Notes under the pieces: model-generated | Databases searched by the model: none | Told to the model about the DNA's origin: nothing | Seen by the model: the letters and a program-made list of their open reading frames with translations, nothing else | Position numbers and translations under genes: made by a program | IMG/VR virus record: IMGVR_UViG_3300044267_002011 | Coordinates: 1-27,152 of that record | Reading direction: 5' to 3' (one strand) | Length of the DNA stretch: 27,152 nt | Origin: a virus | Taxonomy: Duplodnaviria; Caudoviricetes | In this document: positions 1 through 11,200 of the stretch, piece after piece | Layout of the letters: every line of letters starts with the position of its first letter | Numbering within the stretch: position 1 is the stretch's first letter

Positions 1-811
1 CTTCATCAGGATCTAAGTATTCTCTTTTACCAGTTTGAGAATCGATATGTAAAACTTTTTCACCTTTCTTTCTTGCCTCTCTTATCCACCATAATTTAGA
101 AGCTCTTTGATACTCAGCAAATCCCTCTTCTGTATTAGGATAAGTGTGCTCTTTTGAATCTGGATATCTTGCATCTGTCCTAGTTTTACCGTCCTCTGAT
201 ACTATCCATCTTTTGTCATCAGCCCAAGATTCTTTATAGCTAGCTAACCTAGGATTACCATCTTCATCTTCTAAAACAAAATGCTGTAACTCTGCGCTAT
301 TCATAGCATAACCAACTCTACCATTTTCGTCTTTAGTAGGTTCTTTTTTTCCTGTTACAATGTCTTCAATAGTATCACTATCAATATTATTAGTGTCTAT
401 TTCATTGTTTTCGTCTGTTACTAGATCTGCTATTTCTTCTCTATCTGCTTCATTCTTTTTAAAATCCTCTGCTTCTTCTAATGTCTCTCTTTCAAAATCC
501 ATTCTCTGCTTCTTATTAAGATATACATAAGCCCCTCTTCTTCTTTTTAATTTCTTGTACATCTCATTATACTCTTCATCAGTTAAACCTTCTTTGCTTA
601 ACTGCGTCTTCATTATCTCATTAAACTCTTTATTCCTTCTCTGTATGGTAGTTTTCATACCATCAGATATATGTTTAGCTATACCAGTAGCTGCTTTAGA
701 CGCCATTAAGTCACCAGACTTAGCTTTAGTCTTTGCCCTTGCCACTTGACCAGCACCATGAACCAACATATTTCCTGTTGCCGCTTTTTCTTGAGTTACT
801 TCTTCTGCCAT
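1..811 (-). CDS. Hypothetical protein, probable internal virion/ejection (cargo) protein; 3' end runs off the window (not in ORF track)
   Basis: Manual translation from ATG at 811: MAEEVTQEKAATGNMLVHGAGQVARAKTKAKSGDLMASKAATGIAKHISDG...KREYLDPDE, about 270 codons with no stop to position 1. Ala/Gly-rich N-terminus, then charged helical region; follows an ejection-like gene. Function from position only. Confidence 0.7.
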   Translation of the reverse strand, partial: MAEEVTQEKAATGNMLVHGAGQVARAKTKAKSGDLMASKAATGIAKHISDGMKTTIQRRNKEFNEIMKTQLSKEGLTDEEYNEMYKKLKRRRGAYVYLNKKQRMDFERETLEEAEDFKKNEADREEIADLVTDENNEIDTNNIDSDTIEDIVTGKKEPTKDENGRVGYAMNSAELQHFVLEDEDGNPRLASYKESWADDKRWIVSEDGKTRTDARYPDSKEHTYPNTEEGFAEYQRASKLWWIREARKKGEKVLHIDSQTGKREYLDPDE

Positions 812-821
812 ATTATTTTAT

Positions 822-1778
822 TTATTGTCCAAATCCAGCGAACATATCAACTGCACCTGTTATACCACCTGTTATTGCATCCATTTTAGCTTGTTTAGCT
901 TGTGCTACAGCTGTTTGATCTGCTGCGGCTCTTTGTTGCGCCATACCAAATAATGTTTCAGTTTGTTCTTTTTTAAGGCCTCTTGAATATACATCACCTT
1001 CTCTTTCCATGCTTTGTAATTGGCCAGCCATCTGTCTCTCAGCCATTTGGTTTTGCCTTTCTTGCTCGCCAATACTTGCCGCGGATCTTTGAGATGCTAA
1101 CTGACCTGATTGAGCCATTTGTTGTGCTAATGCCGCTACACCACTTCCACCTGCTGCACCACGTAAACTATCTAATATATTAGCTTGACTTTGTTGAAAT
1201 TGTTCTTTTTCAAATTGAGCTTGCTTCTGATTTATAGTTAAATCCTCCATTACGTTTTCCATGTTTAAATATGGATTACTTGTATCTAAATTCCTATAAG
1301 CCTCTTCTTGTCTTTGTCTTTCTCTTTCAGACGCTTTAGCTCTTCGTTTAGCTTTTCTTTCAGCTTTTCTAGCTTTTCTAAAGCCTATAACACTACTAGC
1401 TAAAGATAATCCTATACCTAGCGGCGTTGCCGCGTGCTCCATAAAACCAGATAAAGCGCCTAATGGACCACCACCACCACCAGCTGCATCACCAGTTGGA
1501 GTTTGAGGTACGTTCCAATTAAAACCTAGATTAGAAGCACCAGTATTAGCACCACCACCAATTAAGTTTTGGTTTAATAAACTAGTATTACTACTCATAT
1601 TAGTACCTGTGTTAGTACTATTATTTAATAAACTACCAGCGTTCCAATTAAAATTAGTATTAAGATTAGTATTAATACCACTTGTATTTTGAGCGCCAGT
1701 ATTTTGTGATGTGTCTTGCGCCCAATCGGGTATATTATATCGAAATTGTGGATCTTGTTTTAAAGGACTATTACTCAT
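822..1778 (-). CDS. Probable ejection/internal virion (pilot-like) protein with Asn/Gly-rich N-terminal region
   Basis: 318 aa; hydrophobic Gly/Ala segment (PLGIGLSLASSVIG) followed by a basic stretch, Gln/Ala-rich coiled coil (LRGAAGGSGVAALAQQMAQ) and Gly-rich C-terminus; downstream of tail genes as in podovirus ejection proteins. Confidence 0.65.
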   Translation of the reverse strand: MSNSPLKQDPQFRYNIPDWAQDTSQNTGAQNTSGINTNLNTNFNWNAGSLLNNSTNTGTNMSSNTSLLNQNLIGGGANTGASNLGFNWNVPQTPTGDAAGGGGGPLGALSGFMEHAATPLGIGLSLASSVIGFRKARKAERKAKRRAKASERERQRQEEAYRNLDTSNPYLNMENVMEDLTINQKQAQFEKEQFQQSQANILDSLRGAAGGSGVAALAQQMAQSGQLASQRSAASIGEQERQNQMAERQMAGQLQSMEREGDVYSRGLKKEQTETLFGMAQQRAAADQTAVAQAKQAKMDAITGGITGAVDMFAGFGQ

Positions 1779-1789
1779 ATTTAATAATT

Positions 1790-1808
1790 TACTATATTAT
1801 AATTACAT
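1790..1808 (-). promoter_or_regulatory. Candidate phage promoter, copy 1 (ATGTAATTATAATATAGTA)
   Basis: Intergenic, 11 nt upstream of the ATG at 1778; 18/19 identical to 14323-14341. Confidence 0.6.
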
Positions 1809-1827
1809 TTATTGCTATTTATTTACA

Positions 1828-2187
1828 CTATCTACTGCTTTCTTCTATCTCGCATGCTGCTTCATGTAGCTCTGCTGGTTTTGTAGAGTTATTTCTAAAT
1901 TGGGCCATAGCATAATAACCTACAATAGAACCAATTTCAACTAAATTATTTTTACTAAAAAATACAAAATCATTTAACGTAACAGATTCTGCGTATTCAC
2001 CTTCTATTTCAATGTTTAAAATAGTATATTGAGAAGTTACAGTAATAGAATTTATTGTACCTATTAAGAAAGTTTCTCCTGCCACCGAAAAACCACCTAT
2101 TGAAGTAGTGCTTACAAAGTAAGCCACGTCTCCTACTTTACAAGAAACGTTTATTGGTGAATTAAATGCTAAGTCTAATGCTGCCAT
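1828..2187 (-). CDS. Small tail protein resembling the C-terminal domain of muzzle/stabilisation proteins
   Basis: 119 aa, beta-rich; ends DFVFFSKNN...GYYAMAQFRNNSTKPAELHEAACEIEESSR, a pattern I recall as the terminus of full-length stabilisation proteins in related phages (not verified by search). Confidence 0.55.
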   Translation of the reverse strand: MAALDLAFNSPINVSCKVGDVAYFVSTTSIGGFSVAGETFLIGTINSITVTSQYTILNIEIEGEYAESVTLNDFVFFSKNNLVEIGSIVGYYAMAQFRNNSTKPAELHEAACEIEESSR

Positions 2188-2188
2188 A

Positions 2189-3601
2189 TTATGTTACTAT
2201 ATTATCTAAGTTAATATTAAATACCGTATCTTCTTCTCCTAGTTCTAAAGACAAAATTGCTTTTATTGTGTACGTTGTTGTGCCACTGCCACTACCAGTT
2301 ACAGTACCACTAATATTAGCGTCGCCACTAGCTATAACAAAATCACTTAAAGCGGGATGGTTACTTTGTTCTGTAAATGTTTTACCAGTTAAGGTATATG
2401 TTAAAACTGTGTATATAGACCCTTTGTAAGAATACTTACCACAAATACTAGAACTATAGGTAGCCCCACCACTACCTCCATTTATTGCAATAGATCCGTT
2501 AGAAGTTGTCGCGTTAAACGTTACCATTTTACTCAAATTTTGTGTTATAGTATATGTTGGATACGTATTATTTAATTTACTATCTTTAGTTCCAGTTGTT
2601 TCAATATTAATTTTATAACTAGCAGCTCTTCTAAACTTTACTTTTTTATTATCCGCTAATGTTACTCTTTTTGATAAAGTACAAACATAGGTGCTATCTA
2701 TAGATATAACCCTTATAGGTTCGCCATTATTAATAAGATTTCCTCTACTATCAGTTATCATTATCTCATCACCTGCTAGTACACCACTTAAGCTATCAAA
2801 AGTTACCTGTGTTGCACTACTAACTCCACCACCAACATTAACGGCTGTAACTAAAACTATTGGTGCAGAAGGAAGTTGTTGTCTAAAACTAAAATAACCT
2901 CTTTTATTTAAAGTACTAGAAAAAGTATCAACAACGCCTGATGGTGTTACACCAGTATTATTCGCTGTAGTTATTATACTTTTGTCATTATTATCTAAAA
3001 CGCTTAATTCAAATGGAGCGTTAGGTGTCCCGTGTATTTTTATAACTTTATTAGATCCATAAGGTGGTATATTTAAACTACCCACATGAACTTTTTTTAT
3101 AACATCACCAGATAAAATAGCTGGTGATTTTTCTATTAAATAATTTAAATCAATAATAACATTTTCAAACTGCTTTATCTCTCTACTTATGTTGCATATT
3201 AGATTATAAACATTAGCCGTGGTAGTCTCTTCAAGATAAACGCTTAATCCAGTTATAGGCTTTCTTAATACAGTACTAGGTTTTTTTAGTAAACTAAAAC
3301 CAGTTGAAGGAGTTAAAGATATTAAAGCTATTTTTAAAGACTTATTAAGTGGCATTGTAGCTGATAAAGTATATGTACTAACCTCACTTGATGTCCCAGC
3401 ATCTGTTCTAGACAAAGAAGCTGATGTTGTATAACTTTTAGTAATATGCCCATCTGTAACGGTAGTATTACCATAGCTACGTTGTTTACCTTGTACTCTA
3501 AATTTTTGTGGCACAGGTATACCAGTAATAGAATAAGTTGTATTATTCTTTGTGTTAGCTATAACTTTTAAACTTAAATTAGATGTTGTTATTAATGCCA
3601 T
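2189..3601 (-). CDS. Putative tail accessory/structural protein, Thr/Ser-rich and beta-rich
   Basis: 470 aa with alternating hydrophobic/Thr-Ser strand patterns; within the tail cluster; 1-2 nt from both neighbours. Confidence 0.55.
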   Translation of the reverse strand: MALITTSNLSLKVIANTKNNTTYSITGIPVPQKFRVQGKQRSYGNTTVTDGHITKSYTTSASLSRTDAGTSSEVSTYTLSATMPLNKSLKIALISLTPSTGFSLLKKPSTVLRKPITGLSVYLEETTTANVYNLICNISREIKQFENVIIDLNYLIEKSPAILSGDVIKKVHVGSLNIPPYGSNKVIKIHGTPNAPFELSVLDNNDKSIITTANNTGVTPSGVVDTFSSTLNKRGYFSFRQQLPSAPIVLVTAVNVGGGVSSATQVTFDSLSGVLAGDEIMITDSRGNLINNGEPIRVISIDSTYVCTLSKRVTLADNKKVKFRRAASYKINIETTGTKDSKLNNTYPTYTITQNLSKMVTFNATTSNGSIAINGGSGGATYSSSICGKYSYKGSIYTVLTYTLTGKTFTEQSNHPALSDFVIASGDANISGTVTGSGSGTTTYTIKAILSLELGEEDTVFNINLDNIVT

Positions 3602-3603
3602 AA

Positions 3604-5253
3604 TTACGTTATTAACAATGGATATATATTTATAAATATTTTATTTTCTCTTCTGTGGTTTCCTATAAACTCTGTTGGCGTATATCTTTCAAGTGATAAT
3701 CCGCTTTTGAATGGTATTCTCATTCTAACGGTAGTGTTATTTACTGGAAAAAGCTGGATATTATTTATATCTAAATCGCTTTCATTAGTAGTTGAATCAG
3801 AAACTTTGTACCAAAAATTAGGATGTAGTTCACTTGTACCATCTGCTAAACCTAAACAATCCATATTTGGTGGATATTGATCAATCATAGGATCAGCGCC
3901 ACCATAAGGATAAGCACTAACATCATCAACATCTTCCCAGGTTATAATTTTCCATACATCAATTACTTCTGGTACTGCTGATAATTTGTAATTAGGATTT
4001 TCACCTAAACTAATATACCACTCTAAGTATGAGGGTAGTATACCGCCACCATAAATATTAGAATTTAAAGTAAGTCCAGATACCGCAATATCACCTGGTG
4101 ATATAGTAGGATAGTCTTCAATACACAAACATCTCCAAGATGCACAATCATCACCACAACTTTTACCCCATCTAAATACAATAGATCTATTTTTAGCGTT
4201 TGTTCTATTTGGTTGGGCGTCTCCATTAGGGTGATTAGGAAATTGAGTATTTGTAAAATTCAAACTATTCCAACTTGGATTACCACCCCCAACTTCATAT
4301 GCTTCATTTTGTAAAAATAATTGCCCACAAGTTGTCTCTATAGTGTGAGGCGCTTCAGTTGTTGAAGTATTATACATACCATCTTGCTCAAACGTATTTA
4401 AATAAGGAGTATAATATGTAGGATCAAAAGATTCTAAGTAGTTAGTTCCATCTTCTAAATCCTGCCATCCATTAGTAAAACTATTATTGTTGTAGTCAGC
4501 GTACTGCTGGTAATAACCATTGTTATCAAAATAAGGTGGCCACCACACCATACCTTGACTAACAGTATCCTCACCAGGTATAAATTCCATCCATAGCCGA
4601 TTAGCGTTTAAATTGTATAGTGAGTTTGCAAATTCTGCACTTTCGTAACCATGAGCTAAAAATATTTCAAACCCGTCGGTTGCGGTAGTATTGGTGAAAA
4701 AGAGCTCAGAATCATAAGTAAAATTATTAGCAACGTATTCATATGTTTGAGGCGTATCTGGCGGAGGTGGTTCGAATCCTACAGCTTTGCCCTCAAAATC
4801 TATACTGATAACGTGGTTACTAGCTGGCATAACAAAGTCAGGTTCCATAATTATTTGAGCAATAACAAAATTATTAGGATCATTCCAGTTATCACCAAAA
4901 GCATCAAATAATCTAATTTCATATATATCTGGAAAATCCGCGTGATCATATAAAAAATACTGTGCGATACCATTAGAAAAATCTGCTGGATATGTTACCA
5001 CGTAATTAATCGCTGATAAAGTTTCAGATAAAGCAGAATCATTATTATCGTGAATGTCTATTTTAGTCCTGTCAATAGTGTGGTAAGCATCGGGTTTTAT
5101 GGTTAAATAAAAAGCTGTCTGGCTACCCACAAAAGGAACGTTATAACCCGCTGGTGGACTTTGGGCTTCTAAAGTATTATTACTAGGCCCATCTCCAGCA
5201 AACTCTAGTGATGACCACGGTGTCACGTCTTGACAGTTTTGTAATTTACCCAT
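3604..5253 (-). CDS. Putative tail accessory/receptor-binding protein, acidic and aromatic-rich
   Basis: 549 aa rich in Asp/Asn/Tyr/Trp with a Cys cluster (CGDDCASWRCLC); immediately downstream of the muzzle gene. Confidence 0.5.
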   Translation of the reverse strand: MGKLQNCQDVTPWSSLEFAGDGPSNNTLEAQSPPAGYNVPFVGSQTAFYLTIKPDAYHTIDRTKIDIHDNNDSALSETLSAINYVVTYPADFSNGIAQYFLYDHADFPDIYEIRLFDAFGDNWNDPNNFVIAQIIMEPDFVMPASNHVISIDFEGKAVGFEPPPPDTPQTYEYVANNFTYDSELFFTNTTATDGFEIFLAHGYESAEFANSLYNLNANRLWMEFIPGEDTVSQGMVWWPPYFDNNGYYQQYADYNNNSFTNGWQDLEDGTNYLESFDPTYYTPYLNTFEQDGMYNTSTTEAPHTIETTCGQLFLQNEAYEVGGGNPSWNSLNFTNTQFPNHPNGDAQPNRTNAKNRSIVFRWGKSCGDDCASWRCLCIEDYPTISPGDIAVSGLTLNSNIYGGGILPSYLEWYISLGENPNYKLSAVPEVIDVWKIITWEDVDDVSAYPYGGADPMIDQYPPNMDCLGLADGTSELHPNFWYKVSDSTTNESDLDINNIQLFPVNNTTVRMRIPFKSGLSLERYTPTEFIGNHRRENKIFINIYPLLIT

Positions 5254-5255
5254 AA

Positions 5256-8200
5256 TTAATCGTTATCGTTTTCTGTATTATTCATTATTGTAAAAGTATA
5301 AGTATTTTCTTCTACAGTAGTTGTTGTATCAGTTGTACCATCATCATTTGTTGTTGTCGTGGTTGTTGTTGTAGTATCATTCCCATCAGCATCTGTAGTT
5401 GCCTCTGGAAGTGTAACTATTAAAGGTGATCCAATACCCTGAACTGTAAACTCTGATGTGTCTAAATTTTCTAATGTTGTTTGTTGACCACTTATTTTAT
5501 TAAACCATTTGTTTTCTTTATCAACGAACCATGATATACCCCCTTGCTGTAAATCAGTTCTTATATCTTGAACCCACCAACCTTGTTTACCAAATAGATT
5601 ATAATATTCACCATCTGTATAGTTTGATTGGTTAACTGTTTCAGATACAAATTGATCAATTCTAGCTTGCGAGCCTTCATAGTTCATAGCTTTAAAAGAT
5701 TTAACTTGACTTGGAACATCATTAAAAGCTATTGTTAATGTTGATTCAGCATCAGGCGTTAACGATTCTGCTCCATAAAATAAATTTCTATTATTAACTT
5801 CTCCAGTATCTAGATCAATTATGTCTTTATAATGTTCGTATATAGTACCGTGTTTTACCGTTAAGTATTTACCGGTAACTGACACACCTTGATCTGGAAC
5901 AAATGATTTAAAGCTCACCCAACCTTTAGAACCTTCATTAAATGATATAGTTTTATTATTATTAATACTTAAATTATATTCACCATTTACCTTATCAAAT
6001 GTACCAAGTAATTTTATACCATAACCTGTAGCACCTATTATATTATCTCTAAACCACGTTGTCATACCAACGTTAGATATAGGCGTTAAACCGTCCATAG
6101 ATAATCTTAATACAGCACCTCTTTGTGAATCAGTAAAATATAATCTGTATTGATCGGATGCTAAAGATTCTGGACTTCTTGATATACCATAATCACCTTT
6201 AAATGTGGACACATGTCCTAGTACTCTATCTGTTGCTACTATATTAGGATCGTTGTCCGCCATAAACACAGCTTCTTTATTAGCTTGTACTTTTAATATT
6301 CTATCCTCACAGAACGCCACAACATCAGAATCTCTAGTTTTTAATGCTTGTACAGTACCATATTCAGGGTTTAAATCTTTTATTATCTTTTCACCCATAT
6401 TAAACTCATTAAGATCATTAACACCTGATGTAGTATTATATAATCCTGAGAAAATTAAACTACTTGACTTATCTTCTTTTCCGTATTCATTTATAGTTGT
6501 TGAAACTTTAACGCCATTATCTATTTGCGGTGCGTTAAAATCATCTCGTATTCTATCTGATTCAACTCCATTACCAAACGAATAACAGTTATGCCAACCA
6601 AGTTTAACTTGATATTTATAAACATCTTTATCTATTTTGTAATAACCAGTAGGTTTTTTTGTAGTAAGACCTGTTACTTGGGAATATGTATTATTAAAAT
6701 GTTCACTAGGACTTGTTGGCCACCCAATTACATTTAAACTTGCATCAAGAAATAGCCCTGGTGGTAGGTTACCACCTGTAATACTCATTCCAGCCTCTAA
6801 ATTGTCAGTAGGGGACAAACTAACTGATTGATCAAGTGTTGGGTCAAAAGTTAAAGTTGTTGTATAAGAAGTTTGAGGTACAAACGTACAGTTTGCTCCA
6901 CCGGTAGGTGCAACATAATAATCCTCAACAACGCTTTTTGTTTGTAAACCACTTTTATGTTCAAACACAATTGTATCACCTATACCAATATCAGTATCAT
7001 GTATACCAAACACATCCACTCCAAAAGTCTGTGTGTTAGGTAAATTTCTGTGCATAACTTTTATTATTACGTCATCTTCTAAATACTCCACGCCACCAAC
7101 TGAAACTGGATCATAAATACCACCCGCATCTAAATTATCTAAAATTAGTCCTCCAGTAGAAGGATTAGTTCTTTCTATAAAAACTCTAGATTTTAAAGGT
7201 GCATAAGCTAACGCATTACCTTCTTTTAGTTTCTGTGGTATTGCATGTGTAGCCTCATAGTACAGATCTAACCCCACATCTTCTTTTGGTTCGGTCTCCC
7301 AAACCGCTCTATCTTCTTCAACTTCAATTTCTTCACCACCTGTTATAAGTCCTGGTTTTAATATTTTTATTCTTATACCACCTTGTGTGCCATCGTGTTT
7401 AGCTTGCCCTCTTGGATCAAATTCTTCTGGAATAACTCCAACATCTAATATATCACCATTTGACTTGTCTATTCTTCTAAATTCAAATCTTATAGATTCT
7501 CTACCACAAACTCTATCGTCTTTATAATTATTATTTACAGTTGTTTGGTTTAATGATGGGTTACTATTATTACAAGCACCACATACTCTATGATATCTGT
7601 GATTACATAAGTTTCCAGTTTCACTATCTAAATTACCTTCATTAATGTTGGCAAATACACTTACTCTAATACTATGGGTACCAAGACTTTGACCAACATA
7701 CTGGCCAAAACCAAACCCACCATCAGCGGGTACCGCATCTAAACCTTCCCAACATTTTTGCAGTTGGTTTCCAAATTCATCAGCGCAGTTACTATTCTCT
7801 CCATCAAAATTCATGTCATAAGTATTATCACCATCCGTTTGAACGGTAGTGTAAACATGCAATTTAGCGCTTAAATCAGTTGTATCATCACAATCATTAC
7901 CAGCTTCATCATAACCACCTGGGTTAAAAACGTTCACTTGATTCCCTCTCCTTAAATATCCAAAGTTTCTACTTTTGTTATTTTTTGATTTATGAGCCGG
8001 AAGACTAACACCCTCATTACTAGGATCTGTTGTCACAACTTTGTACACATGTGATTCGCCATTATCTGACTCGTCGTCCATAAATGAAAAATATGTACCA
8101 CCTCGTGAAGGTCCAGCAAAATAATTCCAAATGGCACCAGCAACACTATCTTCGCTATCAGCTCCCCAACCACTACCTAATCTACTAAACATCATTCTAC

Positions 8201-11200
8201 CTAAACCTTCGCCACAATGACCAGCATCTAAAGCCGTTGGTTTATAATTCCAAATAGCAGGCGCGTTTTCATCACCAAATCCAACCTCGTTAATAGAATC
8301 GTTACTAACAATAAGGCTAGAATTAGGGTCAGCACATTCAATACCTTGTTCACCAGTTTGTTCTATATTAGTACCAAACTCTTGCAAGTGTAGTTGATTA
8401 GCTCTTGCTCCATCTAAAAATACTAAATGATTATTAGCGATATCAGCAACATTAGCACCAGTGTTATCGTAACCATGAAAATTAGATGACTTATGAAACA
8501 TTTTAAATCTTTGCCAATAACTCATAGTTTCGTGTGCCATGTGAACAGTTCCACTAGCTTGAAATTCAGCGATATCTGGACCAAAACCATTACCACTCAT
8601 AAAGGTACGAAAGTTGTTACCGGGCTCATCTAATAAATCTCCATATTCTTGATGAGTACAACCTAAAGCAAAATAATTAACCGCTTTAGGTGTCATTGGT
8701 ACACCAGATCTCATGGTTCCTGTTGAAAAATAACCAAATCCCCACCATTTATGAACTTCACCAACTGAATCAGTAAGAGTCACAGTGTCACCACCATCTT
8801 CAATTCCAGCATCAAAACTATTCATTAACCCATTGTTATCTGTTCCAAATAAATCTGGATTACCTTCACCACCGTTTGAGTATGGCCCTTGCTTTGCTGG
8901 AGTGAACTCTTGGGAATCTACATATGATATTCTAAATTGATCTATTTCATCATACGTTAATTGATTCTGTGATGTTACTTGTATTTGCTCTTCTGTTGTC
9001 TCATCTTTTTCTATAAGCACAAAAAATCTACCATCAAATTCAGGTTTATTTTCTATAACATCTTCCTTGAATTCAAAATAATATTTTAAACATTGGGTTG
9101 CGCAATTACCATCTATAGGATAACCAGCAGCAGCAAATCTATCAACCATATCAGCCGAACCTAAAAATGAATCTTCATATATAACAACTCCCTTTTCATT
9201 TGCTGGATCACCAGCGGGTTTAACATAATGATGTGTTACTTTTTTCCAATCACCACTTGTTATCTGGTTAAATACAGCTCCTGAGTCTGGATTCTCTGTT
9301 CTACCAACTACTCTTACAAAAAGTTGACCTCTTTTATTATCACCATACATATTTAAAAATCCTTCCCAGTCATCAATTGGGACTTCTATTCTAGTATTAC
9401 TAGGTGACGTTAAAAGAAAAGGCTCATTAATTTGAGGATCAGAAGCGCCAATAGGTGACTCTGCGCCACCATCACCAGTAGTATCTCCGGTTATATTTAC
9501 TAATCCAAAATTTCTTGAATCTGTTTTTATAAAATCAGGGGCCTCATTTTTAATATCTATTATTTTATATCTAGCTTTGTCTAGTATAGCATCGTCGGCT
9601 CCATGTGCTTTTTTCAAATAAAGATATGTTTCTAAATCTACTTTATTTCTATCAGCTGACGGAAAAGATAACCAAATGTTATTTTCTTTTCTTGCATTAT
9701 ACCATCTATCTAATACTAAATTATAGTATTCATTACTAGTTTCTTTAACATAGTATTTTACGTACTCCATCCACTCCATAGTAGATGGGTCGCTTCCAGG
9801 TAAACCCGGTTTGTCCCAAATTTGTTTAACTGATAACTTATTAGATTTAGCGCATAAATCTTTAGGTATAGTTAGCTCATCTGTTGCAGCAGAAAATGTT
9901 AAGTTATTATATTGATCTAAATTTTCACTTATTTTATTTGATACAATAACCGGTGTTTCTCTTCCGTATATATCTCCAAATACCATACCTACCTTATAAT
10001 CCCTAATTGTTTTAACAGATCTTTTAGGTTGGCCATTAACTGTCTCACTGGTAACGTCTTGATCTAGCCCGACTGGATATTTTATATCAAACCCTTGAGC
10101 AAAGTTACCGTATAATATTCTACTACCAGTAATTTCTTGAGCTAAAGCATATCTAGGGACATTGTCGAACGTTCTTAATGTTTGATTAGCTGGTAATACT
10201 CTATGTATAGTTTCTGATTTTATTTCTAGTGCCCCGGTGTCAATATTTTGTAATTGAACATTTGCACCACCTTGTGTAGTTAAATTATTATCTAAATCAC
10301 CATTTGGAGTAAACAACTCCCATTCACCATCTCTAATTTTTTTAATACTCTTTATAGTATATACATTCGGTGATTCAGTAGATTTATATAGTATTTCTAT
10401 CTCGACTATATCTAGCGCTCTGTCTGTAAAGTATGGTATAAAATCTTTTATAGTTATTTTTTTAATAGTATTAACCATACCTAAATTATAACCCTTTACT
10501 GGATCGTAATCAAATAAACCTGGATCAAACGCTAACTCAGACCAAGGAGAGAACGCAGAATACTCTCCATCTTCATACTTATATCTATAACCAAATCTTG
10601 GAAATTTTAATTCAAATTTAGACTCTTCATTATCAACGTATTTAAAAGACCACGAGGTCATAGTATTACTTGGTAAAAAATTTGGCGCTGTTATTATTTC
10701 TAATTTTATTAAGTTAGTTGGAGTCGGCGATGTTTCAAAAGCTGGTAATCCACTTAAATAACCTAGAAACTTTACTTTAAAAATAACTGGAGTAAATCCT
10801 TCTTCAACATCTTCTTGTGAAACAATAAAAATATCACCAATTTGAAAAGGTATTTGACTTAATTCCGGCGTTGGCACGCCCCAATTATACTCATTAGCAT
10901 CAGCATCAAATGTTGAGCCTATAAATACTTGAGTGCCAACCATGTCATCAGCTTCTTCCTGAACATCCCATATAACGTTTTGAACTTCATTACCGTTAAT
11001 TACATCTGTATTATAAAAATCATCAACCACAAAAGAAAGTTCGGCGTCATCTCTTGCTTCGACATGAACGGTTGGTGGGGTTTTAGGTGCAGGCCTTAGA
11101 ACCGTAATATGCTCTTCTAATAGATCACTATTTAGACCGCTTAATTCTAGTGAACCAGCGTCTTCTAGTATTTCAGTATTTGGGTTTGTTATAAATAATT

